This document shows positions 36,345 through 45,190 of a stretch of DNA of 64,000 nt, piece after piece. The stretch is from the NCBI RefSeq assembly GCF_000737315.1, contig NZ_JMCB01000002.1, positions 434,001 to 498,000 of the forward strand, given 5' to 3'. Origin of the DNA: Hyalangium minutum (GTDB lineage Bacteria; Myxococcota; Myxococcia; Myxococcales; Myxococcaceae). The notes below the pieces were generated by a model. The model was not told the DNA's origin. It saw only the letters and a program-made list of their open reading frames with translations, and did no database searches. The position numbers and the translations under genes were made by a program. Each line of letters begins with the position of its first letter. Within the stretch, counting starts at the first letter, position 1.

Positions 36345-38066
36345 TCAGGTCAACGCCTTGGCGGCGGGGAGGTTGAGGCGGAACGTGGTGCCCCGGTCCA
36401 CCTCGCTCTCCACCGTGATGGTGCCGCCGAGCGTGGTGATGATGCTGTGGACCATGGCGAGTCCCAGGCCGGTGCCCTCGCCCACGGGCTTCGTGGTGAA
36501 GAACGGATCGAAGATGCGGTCCAGGTTCTCTGGAGGAATTCCGCACCCGGTGTCGCGGATCTCCACCACGATGAACTCGGGCGTGTCCTGCCGGGTGGAG
36601 ACGCGGATCTCGTTCTCCTCCACCTGCCCCTCGGGAATGGCATGGGCGGCGTTGATGAGCAGGTTGAGGAACACCTGGCCCAGGCGCGAGGCATTGCCCT
36701 GCACGGGGGGCACGTCCTCGCCCAGCTCCGCCACGAGGCGGGCGCGGCGGCGGATCTCGTGTGAGGCAATCTTCACCGCGGCGTGCACCACGGTCTTCAG
36801 GTCCGCCCGTCCGTTCTGGGCGTCGTCCGGGCGCGAGAGCGTCTTGAGATCCTGGACGATGACGCGCACACGCTCGGCGCCCTCCTTGGCATCCGTGACG
36901 GCCGTCAGCAGCTCCTGGAAGTCCTCCTGCGAGGGAGCCCCTTGGGTGCGGTTCAGCTCCTTGTGGAGGAAGTTGAGGTTGCTGATGACGTAGGCCAGCG
37001 GGTTGTTGATCTCGTGGCCCACGCCCGCGGCCAGCTTGCCCATGGAGGCCAGGCGGTCATTGAAGATGAGCTGCGCCTGCATGCTCTGGAGCTGCCGCAG
37101 GCTGGAGGCCAACTGGATGTTGGCGTTCTCGAGCTCTCCGGTGCGCGCGCGCACCATGTGCTCCAGGGCCGCGTTGTAGCGGTGAAGGTCTCTCGCGGCG
37201 ATCTCGGCCTCCTCGCGGCGCTCGCGCTCAGCGGCCTCGGCCTGGGCCTGGAGCATGCGCTCCTTCTCGCGCAGGGAATCCCTCAGCTCCTGCGCCATCC
37301 GGTTGAGGGCGTGCGCGAGCGAGCCCAGCTCGTCCTGGCGCTCGGCGGGGAGCTCGGCGGAGAAATCTCCCTGGCGGATGCGCTCGGCGGTGGTGTGCAG
37401 CTCGCGCAACTCACGCAGCAGGGGCGCCAGGAGGAACGCGGCCAGCGGGCCTAGCACCAGGCCCACCAAAAGCGGCAGGACGCCACTCAGCACCTGCTCA
37501 TTCTCGAGGTGCTCGTCCATCTGGGCCTGGAGCAGCTGCTTCCGCTCCCGCTGGGCGGCTGCGGCGTTGTCGAGGTGAGGCCTCACCCCTTGCTCATAGG
37601 TGGAGAACAGCTCCCACCAGGCGCTGTTGGAGGAGTTGGCGGGGAGCGTCACCGGCCGGAGCACCACCTCTACGCCTCGGGCCCATTGGCGCTGGGCGTC
37701 AATGAGGTTCTCGATGAGCTGGGATTGACGGGCATTGCCTGGAGTGTCTTTCCACTGCTGCTCCTCGCGCAGGCCCTCCTGCAGGTTGAGAAGGTTCTCG
37801 TTGAGCAGTTGCTCGTAGTCCCGGAGCAGTGCGCGCGAGTCCATTCCCAGACGTCCCGCCTGGAGCAGGTGTGCCAGATAGTTCCATGCCTGGGGCTGCA
37901 TCCCGGAATAGAGGCGCAGTTGCTGATCCACCACCGCGATGCGCGCGCGGAGCTCCTGCGCGCTCGAGGCATTGCGGTGCAGCACGATCCCCGCGGCGGC
38001 CACGAGACCGAACGCCACCCCCGCGAACAGCAGGACCTTGGTGCGGATCGACATGGAGACAGGCAT
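36345..38066 (-). CDS. Membrane HAMP sensor histidine kinase (orphan)
   Basis: Two TM segments, HAMP (RQDELGSLAHALNRM), H-box HEINNP, N-box, DTGCGI, FDPFFTTK, GTGLGL; no adjacent response regulator. Confidence 0.92.
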   Translation of the reverse strand: MPVSMSIRTKVLLFAGVAFGLVAAAGIVLHRNASSAQELRARIAVVDQQLRLYSGMQPQAWNYLAHLLQAGRLGMDSRALLRDYEQLLNENLLNLQEGLREEQQWKDTPGNARQSQLIENLIDAQRQWARGVEVVLRPVTLPANSSNSAWWELFSTYEQGVRPHLDNAAAAQRERKQLLQAQMDEHLENEQVLSGVLPLLVGLVLGPLAAFLLAPLLRELRELHTTAERIRQGDFSAELPAERQDELGSLAHALNRMAQELRDSLREKERMLQAQAEAAERERREEAEIAARDLHRYNAALEHMVRARTGELENANIQLASSLRQLQSMQAQLIFNDRLASMGKLAAGVGHEINNPLAYVISNLNFLHKELNRTQGAPSQEDFQELLTAVTDAKEGAERVRVIVQDLKTLSRPDDAQNGRADLKTVVHAAVKIASHEIRRRARLVAELGEDVPPVQGNASRLGQVFLNLLINAAHAIPEGQVEENEIRVSTRQDTPEFIVVEIRDTGCGIPPENLDRIFDPFFTTKPVGEGTGLGLAMVHSIITTLGGTITVESEVDRGTTFRLNLPAAKALT

Positions 38067-38092
38067 TAGGAGAGAAGGGCCTCCAGCACAAG

Positions 38093-38785
38093 ATGGGTGG
38101 TGGACACTTGCGCTGGAGGCAGGTTCCCTCCGCCCAGAACTTGCATCATCTTCTGGGGGCTTTGCACACCGAGCCGCGAAATCTTCTCCAGCGTCTCAAG
38201 GCCGAGACGCGTCCCCACCACGAGCGCGCGGAGCGCACCGTCCGCTTGATGGACCCCGGCCTCACCCTCGAGCACTACCGCCACCACCTGGAGGCGCTCT
38301 ACGGCTTCTATGGCCCGCTCGAAGCCCGGCTGGCTCGACAGCTCTCCGGCCTCGTCCCTGAGTTGCGCGCCTCTGAGCGGTGGAAGCTCCCGCTGCTCGC
38401 GAGAGACCTGCGCTCGCTGGGGCATGACGCAGCATCCCTCGCGAGCCTGCCCCAGGCCACCTGGCTGCCGCCGCTCACGGGCCTGCCCGAGGCACTCGGC
38501 GGCTTCTACGTCCTGGAGGGGGCCACGCTCGGGGGCCAGCTCATCCTCCGCCACCTTCGGCGCCACTTCGAGGGCATCCCCGCGGGCGAGTTCGCCTTCT
38601 TCCGCGCCTATGACGAGGACGTGGGCCCCATGTGGAAGGCCTTCGGCGAGGCCGTCACCCGCGCCTCCGAGGCTGCTGCCTCCGAGGACTTCGACTCACG
38701 CGCCGTTCAGTCCGCCAAGGACACCTTCGATGCCTTCGGACGCTGGCTCCAGAAGGAGGCCTCGGAGGCCACGCTGGAGCCTTGA
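38093..38785 (+). CDS. Biliverdin-producing heme oxygenase (BphO-like); start uncertain
   Basis: RLKAETRPHHERAE proximal His; YVLEGATLGG distal helix; AxDTF near the C-terminus. Confidence 0.82.
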   Translation: MGGGHLRWRQVPSAQNLHHLLGALHTEPRNLLQRLKAETRPHHERAERTVRLMDPGLTLEHYRHHLEALYGFYGPLEARLARQLSGLVPELRASERWKLPLLARDLRSLGHDAASLASLPQATWLPPLTGLPEALGGFYVLEGATLGGQLILRHLRRHFEGIPAGEFAFFRAYDEDVGPMWKAFGEAVTRASEAAASEDFDSRAVQSAKDTFDAFGRWLQKEASEATLEP

Positions 38786-38791
38786 GCCGGC

Positions 38792-39355
38792 CTACGGCGA
38801 GGCCGGCAGGCTGCCACGCAGCATGAAGAACACCACCACGCCCGTCACCGAGACGTAGATCCAGATGGGCGCCAGCCACCGCGTCACCTTGCGGTGCCGC
38901 CGGAAGTCCTGCTTCCACGCGAAGTAGAAGGCCGTCAGTGCCAGCGGCAGCACCGGCATGGACAGCAGCACGTGCGTGGCGAGGATGAGCAGGTACACCG
39001 CCTTCATTGCCCCCGTCCCCGCGTACTTCGTGTCCCCGTGCACGTAGTGGTACGCCAGGTACCCCACCAGGAACAGCGATGACGCCGCGAACGTGGACAC
39101 CATCAGGTACTGGTGCAGCCGCCGCGCGCCCTTCCTGATGGCCACCCACCCGGCCACCAACAGGCTCGCCGCCAGCGCGTTCAGGCTCGCGTTCACCGCG
39201 GGCATGAACCGCAGATCCACGCCCTCCGCGCCCCCGCGCCGGATCAGCAGCAGCCACGCCAGCAATGCCAGGGCCGCCGCCGACACAACGCCCGTGAAGA
39301 CGTAGAAGGTTCGATCACTCACACGGGATGTAGGGGCTTGGCTCGCGGTCGACAT
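38792..39355 (-). CDS. DUF420 membrane protein
   Basis: PAVNASLN, HQYLM, FLVGYLAYH, ILATHV, HRKVTRW...IWIYVSVTG. Confidence 0.85.
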   Translation of the reverse strand: MSTASQAPTSRVSDRTFYVFTGVVSAAALALLAWLLLIRRGGAEGVDLRFMPAVNASLNALAASLLVAGWVAIRKGARRLHQYLMVSTFAASSLFLVGYLAYHYVHGDTKYAGTGAMKAVYLLILATHVLLSMPVLPLALTAFYFAWKQDFRRHRKVTRWLAPIWIYVSVTGVVVFFMLRGSLPASP

Positions 39356-39513
39356 GGGTCTCTGAATGTCTGGAACCTCGCACACTTGCAACTGCTCACC
39401 GGGGGGTAGGGGGTGAGGCTACCTCCACTGTGTGTGAAGGGGGACTGGCTAAAGATCGGAAATCCGGGCATAACACGTGTCCGGAATCACCCAGTACCCC
39501 CCCGGAGGTCCCT

Positions 39514-41517
39514 GTGCCTCGCGTACGACACTTCTTGGCCGCCTTGGCGGCCTTTGCCCTTCTTCAGGCCGCTCCTGCCTCTGCCGAGGAAGCGGTGTGC
39601 TCGGTCGTAGACAAGGTTCCTCTGGAGCGGCACCTGCGCCAGCTCTCCCTGGACCTGCTCGGCCGTCCTCCCACCATCGAGGAGTACCGCGCCTTCCAGG
39701 CCAAGGGCTCCATCACCGCCGAGGACATCCAGCAGATGATGGACTCGGAGGGCTTCTACGAGCGCATGCGCGGCTACCACCGCGCGCTGCTGCGCTCGAA
39801 CATCAACGCCAGCGTGTTCGACAACGGTGACACGCGCCTGACAGGCACCGGCGCCATCGCTGCCGGCACGACGGTGAACAACCCGTACGGCTTCCGCAAC
39901 ACCACCAGCAGCTCCCTGCGCGGCAACAACAACCAGGGCTGTGACGCCTTTATTCCGCAGGACACCTGCAACTCCCAGAAGCAGGATCCGCACGCGGAAC
40001 CGGCCAACAAGGTGTGCCGTGACGAGCAGGGCGTGCCGCTGCCGGTCAGCTACGACTACGACACCACCAGCTACTACGCGTGCAACCGGCTGGACTCGAC
40101 GGACACCACCATCACCGACTGCACCGTGGCCGTCAGCAAGGGCGCCATCGCGGCCAAGTACCTGTACTTCTGCGACATGCGGCGGCTGAGCGACAACAAG
40201 CTCCACCCGCACCTGTGCTTGCCGGACCCCGCAAAGAACACCACGGTCGCGCTGACGCAGGAGGAGCTGGACTCCGGGGGCAAGGTGGTGGCCTTCGTCC
40301 ACCCGAACCCGCCCTCGGGCACCTCGCTGACGCGGCTGGACCGCTGCACGCTGGACCTGACGCTGCGCAACGGCATCAAGGGGGCCTGGGTGCCCCAGCG
40401 CGGCTGCTTCCAGCGCGAGGGCTTCGTCACCAGGAGCGGGCCCTTCTTCGCCACGGACCCGTCGGCTCAGGTGACGGTGTGCGCCATCGAGGCGCAGGAG
40501 CGCCCCTCCAACCCGTGGACGATGGAGTCCTGCGAGACGACGCGCTTCCGGAGCGACCGGAGCTGCGGCTGCGGCAAGGACATGCGCCGCTGCGAGGTGA
40601 CCGCCGTGCACACCGCGCGCGTGGACGCCATCAACAAGGAGCAGGAGCTCATCACGGACTCGGTGGTCCGCCACGATGAGCCCTACTTCAACATCCTCAC
40701 CACGCGCCGCTCGTTCGTGAACGGCACGCTGTCCGAGATGTACCGGCAGCAGCAGGGCGTGGGCATCTTCACCATCACCTCGCCGGCCAACCCGGACGTG
40801 GTGCCGTCGGTGCCCTACGCGCAGGCGAGCACCTGGACGGAGTACACGCGGGATCCGCAGCACTCCGGCGTGCTCACCACGCCTTCGTTCCTGTACCGCT
40901 TCCCCACGCAGCGCGCCCGCGTGAACCACTTCTACGAGGCCTTCCTCTGCAAGACGTTCGTCCCGTCCTCGGACCCGCTGCCTCCGCCCGAGGACAACTG
41001 CAACCGCGAGAACAACCTGGCCCGCCGCTGCGGCTGCAACTACTGCCACGCCACCATCGAGCCCACCGGCGCCCACTGGGGCCGCTTCGACGAGCGCAAC
41101 TCGCTCTTCCTCACGGAGGAGAAGTTCCCCCGGTTTGATCCCAAGTGCCGTGACTGCGCGCTGGCCGGCGACACCAACTGCGGCGGCGAGTGCAGCCAGT
41201 ACGTGATGCAGGCGTATGACGGTGACGGCGCCGCCTCGCTGGGCATGCTCAAGACGTACCTGTACCGGACGGCGGACGAGGAGGCGAACATCGCCGGCGG
41301 CCCGCAGCTCCTGGTGCGGCGCATGCTGCAGACCGGAGACCTGGAGCGCTGCGCCGTGAAGCGCGTCTGGAGCGAGTTCCTCGGCCGGCCGATGACGGCG
41401 GAAGAGCAGCGGCTGTACCTGCAGGAGCTTTCGGAAGACTTCTCTGCCCACAACCACAGCCTCAAGTCGCTCATCCAGAAGCTGGTGACGACCGACGCCT
41501 ACCGGAGGATCGACTGA
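39514..41517 (+). CDS. Exported DUF1588/DUF1585-type protein with a heme-c motif and Cys-rich insert
   Basis: GGAGG then GTG; signal peptide; LRQLSLDLLGRPP, GVLTTPSFL...QRARV, CNYCH, CAVKRVWSEFLGR, LKSLIQKLV. Confidence 0.75.
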   Translation: MPRVRHFLAALAAFALLQAAPASAEEAVCSVVDKVPLERHLRQLSLDLLGRPPTIEEYRAFQAKGSITAEDIQQMMDSEGFYERMRGYHRALLRSNINASVFDNGDTRLTGTGAIAAGTTVNNPYGFRNTTSSSLRGNNNQGCDAFIPQDTCNSQKQDPHAEPANKVCRDEQGVPLPVSYDYDTTSYYACNRLDSTDTTITDCTVAVSKGAIAAKYLYFCDMRRLSDNKLHPHLCLPDPAKNTTVALTQEELDSGGKVVAFVHPNPPSGTSLTRLDRCTLDLTLRNGIKGAWVPQRGCFQREGFVTRSGPFFATDPSAQVTVCAIEAQERPSNPWTMESCETTRFRSDRSCGCGKDMRRCEVTAVHTARVDAINKEQELITDSVVRHDEPYFNILTTRRSFVNGTLSEMYRQQQGVGIFTITSPANPDVVPSVPYAQASTWTEYTRDPQHSGVLTTPSFLYRFPTQRARVNHFYEAFLCKTFVPSSDPLPPPEDNCNRENNLARRCGCNYCHATIEPTGAHWGRFDERNSLFLTEEKFPRFDPKCRDCALAGDTNCGGECSQYVMQAYDGDGAASLGMLKTYLYRTADEEANIAGGPQLLVRRMLQTGDLERCAVKRVWSEFLGRPMTAEEQRLYLQELSEDFSAHNHSLKSLIQKLVTTDAYRRID

Positions 41518-42212
41518 TGCGCCGCCTCGTCGCCCTCGCGCTCATCGCGCTCGCACCCGCTTGCTCCAAGTCCGAGGACAAGCCCCTGCCCCCGCCCCTG
41601 GACGGGCAGCTGGAGCCTGTCCCCAACCCCCACGGCACGGTGACGCCGCTGCCGGACCCGGAGATGCAGGAAGGCTCCGTGGGCCGTGCTCCTCGCCGCA
41701 TCACCGTGGCCCAGCTGGACACCTCCATCCGCACCGTGGTGGGCCGCGGCTGGGAGTGTCCTGCCAACGCCCCGTCCTCCTGCGTGGACCTGGCCGATGT
41801 GGCCCCCTCGCTGGGCAAGGCGGACTTCGCCAACGTCTCCACGGAGAACACCGAGGCCAACCTCGTGTTCGCCAAGTTCCTCGAGGATGGCGCGCGTGAC
41901 GTGTGCATGGCGCAGGCCACCGCCGAGCTGACCGTCACGGACCCGAACGCCCGGGTGCTCACCCGCACCGTCCCCACGCTGACTGGGACGGCGGGCAACC
42001 TGACGCAGCTCAGCGACGCGCAGGTGACGGAGCTGCTCACCTACCTGTCCACCCGCTTCTGGGGCGCGCCGCTGTCGGGCGAGGAGCTTCCGAAGTGGAA
42101 GAACTTCTTCACCCAGGCCGCCGCCCGCGCGGAGACCATCAAGAAGCGTGACCAGGCCTTCGCGGCCATGTGCATCGCGATGATGACGGACTCGCGCTTC
42201 CTCACCTACTGA
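41517..42212 (+). CDS. Lipoprotein (DUF1595-like partner)
   Basis: TGATG overlap; lipobox APAC; PRRITVAQL; C-terminal FLTY. Confidence 0.7.
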   Translation: MRRLVALALIALAPACSKSEDKPLPPPLDGQLEPVPNPHGTVTPLPDPEMQEGSVGRAPRRITVAQLDTSIRTVVGRGWECPANAPSSCVDLADVAPSLGKADFANVSTENTEANLVFAKFLEDGARDVCMAQATAELTVTDPNARVLTRTVPTLTGTAGNLTQLSDAQVTELLTYLSTRFWGAPLSGEELPKWKNFFTQAAARAETIKKRDQAFAAMCIAMMTDSRFLTY

Positions 42213-42234
42213 TACGCACCCGGGGACACTTGCC

Positions 42235-43617
42235 ATGAAGAAGAACCCGAACACTCCCAACTCCGGGCGCCGCACGTTCCTCAAGGCGGCCGCTGGCTTC
42301 ATGGGTGCCACCCTCTTCGGGGGCATCCCCTTCCGCGCCTTTGCCCAGGCGACCAACCTGGCGCCGGCCGATCGCTGCTTCGTCTTCGCCTACTTCTCCG
42401 GCGGCTGGGATCAGCTCCTGGCCTTCGACCCGAAGGATCCGGCCGAGTTCACCCCGGAGCGCGTGTCCGAGACGCGCATCCTCCCGGGCTACAGCCTCAT
42501 CAACGACTCGCGCTACTCGGGGGTGCCCGTCATCCCCGAGAAGAACAACGTGCGCTCGAACATCGCGTTCGGGCCCGCGGTGGGCCGGCTGGCGGACCAC
42601 TTCGATTTGATGACCGTGGTGCGCGGCATCAACATGACGACGCTGGGCCACGAGGTGGGCTTCCGCTACTTCCTCACGGGCAAGCGTCCCATCGGCAGCG
42701 CGGCGCGCGGCTCGTCCACGGCGACGGAGATTGTGGGCCAGCTGCACCCGGCGGTGCCGATTCCGTCCGTGGCCTACAACATCGAGACGTACAACGACCG
42801 CTACCCTGGCTACGCCAACGCGCTGCGGGTGAGCCGCTCCACGGACCTGCTGCTGACGCTGTCGCCCAGCACCAAGCAGCTGGACAGTGAGCTGGAGCGG
42901 CAGCTGGTGGACTTCCGCGGGCAGCCCATCTCCTGCGAGGCGGCGGCCTACGGCACGCGCGGCGTGGGCGCCACGTACTCCAACAGCCAGGACCAGATGC
43001 AGACGGTGCTCTCCAGCCGGCTGGACAACTCGTTCCGGTTCGAGCTGGCGGAGAACGCCGAGGTGCGCCAGAAGTACGGCCTGGCGGCCGCGGGCCCCTA
43101 CGACAACGAGGCGGGCCGCGCGGCGCTGGTGGCCACGGCGCTCAAGAAGGGCATCAGCCAGTGCGTCTCCATCAACCTGGCGGGCGGCCTGGACACGCAC
43201 TTCGGCACGCAGCTGACGCACGCCAACAACCAGCGCCGCGGCTTCGACGCGCTGGCCATGCTGGTGGATGACTTGCGGGGCACGGCGCACCCGGCGGGCG
43301 GCAACTTCATGGACCACACCACCATCCTGGTGTTCTCCGAGTTCTCCCGCACGCCGCTCATCAACGCCAGCGGCGGCCGCGACCACCACATCAGCAACAG
43401 CTGCATGCTGATGGGCGCGGGCGTGAAGCACAACTACGTGTTCGGGGCGAGCGGTGACATCGGCATGGGGCCGGGCACGTTCGACCTGCGCAACGGCGCG
43501 GCGTCCGCCACCGGAGAGAACATCCTCCCCGAGCACATCATCGCCACCGTCCTCGCCTCTGCGAAGCTGGACTACAGCATCACCCGCGTGTCGCCCCTGC
43601 AGCCGATCCTGGCCTGA
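42235..43617 (+). CDS. Tat-exported DUF1501 protein
   Basis: RRTFLK Tat motif; FSGGWDQ, GGLDTH, TILVFSEFSRTP, GRDH. Confidence 0.88.
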   Translation: MKKNPNTPNSGRRTFLKAAAGFMGATLFGGIPFRAFAQATNLAPADRCFVFAYFSGGWDQLLAFDPKDPAEFTPERVSETRILPGYSLINDSRYSGVPVIPEKNNVRSNIAFGPAVGRLADHFDLMTVVRGINMTTLGHEVGFRYFLTGKRPIGSAARGSSTATEIVGQLHPAVPIPSVAYNIETYNDRYPGYANALRVSRSTDLLLTLSPSTKQLDSELERQLVDFRGQPISCEAAAYGTRGVGATYSNSQDQMQTVLSSRLDNSFRFELAENAEVRQKYGLAAAGPYDNEAGRAALVATALKKGISQCVSINLAGGLDTHFGTQLTHANNQRRGFDALAMLVDDLRGTAHPAGGNFMDHTTILVFSEFSRTPLINASGGRDHHISNSCMLMGAGVKHNYVFGASGDIGMGPGTFDLRNGAASATGENILPEHIIATVLASAKLDYSITRVSPLQPILA

Positions 43618-43628
43618 AGTCACAGCCA

Positions 43629-45170
43629 ATGAAGACTCCTCTCCTGTGCGTCTGGGGGAAGGGTGGGACTGTTGCGCCCGCTCTTCTCCTCCTCCTGGCT
43701 GCCGCGTGCGGTGGCTCTTCTTCCTCTTCGCTGGAGCTGGAGCGCCCGCAGGCGACGGCCTTCCAGCCTACGCAGATCCGCTCGCCCATGGCGCTGGCCT
43801 CGGGCACGGGTTTCGCGGACCAGACGGGCGGAGGCGTCTTCATCTCCGCGGCGGGGAAGGCCGTGCGGCTGCGGCTGGACGGCACCCAGGCCCAGCTGGA
43901 AAGCCACCCGGGGAACACCGTGGCTCCTGGCACCGCGAGCGCGGCCTTCCGGATGGGGCCTCGCACCGCGCTGGTGGAGACGGCCACGGGCCTGTTCCTG
44001 GCCGACGCGGGCTGGCTGATCGCCCCGCCGTGGCGGGATGCACTCGGGCCGGGGACGAAGGCCACGGCGCAGGGCGCGGACGGAGCGGTGTGGCTGGCGC
44101 ATACTTCCGGCCTGTACCGGTTGGTGGACGGGCAGCTCTCCGCGCTCAAGGTGAGCGGTGCGGCGCTCGAGGGCATCACCCAGCTGGCGGTCGCTCCCGC
44201 AGAGGACGGAGCCCCCGGCGTGTGGATGCTGCGCAACGGGGCGCTGCATGTGGCCGTGGCCACGGCGCCCAACGTGTTCCAGGTGCGCCCGGCGGCCCTG
44301 GCGCTCGAGGAGAAGGAGACGCTGGTGTCCATCGCGTCGCTGCTTCCCGGCAAGGAGCAGAGCGCGGAGCTGTGGGTGCTCACCTCGGAGCGGCTGCTGC
44401 GGCACAAGGACAAGGCCTGGAAGCGCGTGGAGTTCGCGCAGCGGCCGGTGCAGCTGCTGGGCTCCGGGCGCTTCCTCTGGGTGAAGTCCAGCGATCAGCT
44501 GCTCTCGTATGACGCGGACGCAGGCAAGTGGGGCGTGGCCACGGGCGTGGACACCCGCGAGTTCCGCTTCCTGGCGGCCGATGAGAGTGGGTGCGCCTGG
44601 GCGCAGCTCGGCGCGGACTCGGTGGCGATCAGCCGCGCCCCGGCTCCCCGCGTGGTCGGGCTGAATCAGAGCGCGCGCGTGGTGGAGGATGGCCTCATCA
44701 TCCGCGCGGTGCCGCCCGCGGGCACCGACTCGCCGACGATTCTGTTCCGCATCGGCGGCACGGAGCAGGTGGTGGAGGCGCCCGAGTACAGCCTGGGTGG
44801 GCTGGAGAAGGACGGGTCGGCGCGGCCCTTCTCATTCGCGGCGCTGGAGCCGGGCGTGAACTCGCTCGAGGTGGTGGCGCGCTTGCTGGATGGCACGGAG
44901 GCCCGGCGCACGGTGCACTTCGACTTCCAGCCCCTCTCTCCCATCCAGGTGGGCTTCGAGAAGGACATCCGCCCCATCTACGAGTCCCGCTGCGCCAAGT
45001 GCCACGTCTCGGGTCCCGGCCGGCCGCTCTCCACGTATGAGCTGTGGAAGCAGAACGCCGATCTCATCTCCGCCGCGGTGCGCGACCAGCGCATGCCCGC
45101 CGACGGTCCCTTGGATCCCCAGCTGATCTCCCTCATCCAGCGGTGGGTTGCCGCTGGCACCCAGCCCTGA
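43629..45170 (+). CDS. Lipoprotein with a propeller-like region and C-terminal cytochrome c domain
   Basis: Lipobox AAAC; FEKDIRPIYESRCAKCH...RMP (His/Met heme c). Confidence 0.75.
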   Translation: MKTPLLCVWGKGGTVAPALLLLLAAACGGSSSSSLELERPQATAFQPTQIRSPMALASGTGFADQTGGGVFISAAGKAVRLRLDGTQAQLESHPGNTVAPGTASAAFRMGPRTALVETATGLFLADAGWLIAPPWRDALGPGTKATAQGADGAVWLAHTSGLYRLVDGQLSALKVSGAALEGITQLAVAPAEDGAPGVWMLRNGALHVAVATAPNVFQVRPAALALEEKETLVSIASLLPGKEQSAELWVLTSERLLRHKDKAWKRVEFAQRPVQLLGSGRFLWVKSSDQLLSYDADAGKWGVATGVDTREFRFLAADESGCAWAQLGADSVAISRAPAPRVVGLNQSARVVEDGLIIRAVPPAGTDSPTILFRIGGTEQVVEAPEYSLGGLEKDGSARPFSFAALEPGVNSLEVVARLLDGTEARRTVHFDFQPLSPIQVGFEKDIRPIYESRCAKCHVSGPGRPLSTYELWKQNADLISAAVRDQRMPADGPLDPQLISLIQRWVAAGTQP

Positions 45171-45190
45171 GCTCACCTCCGAGGTTCTTC

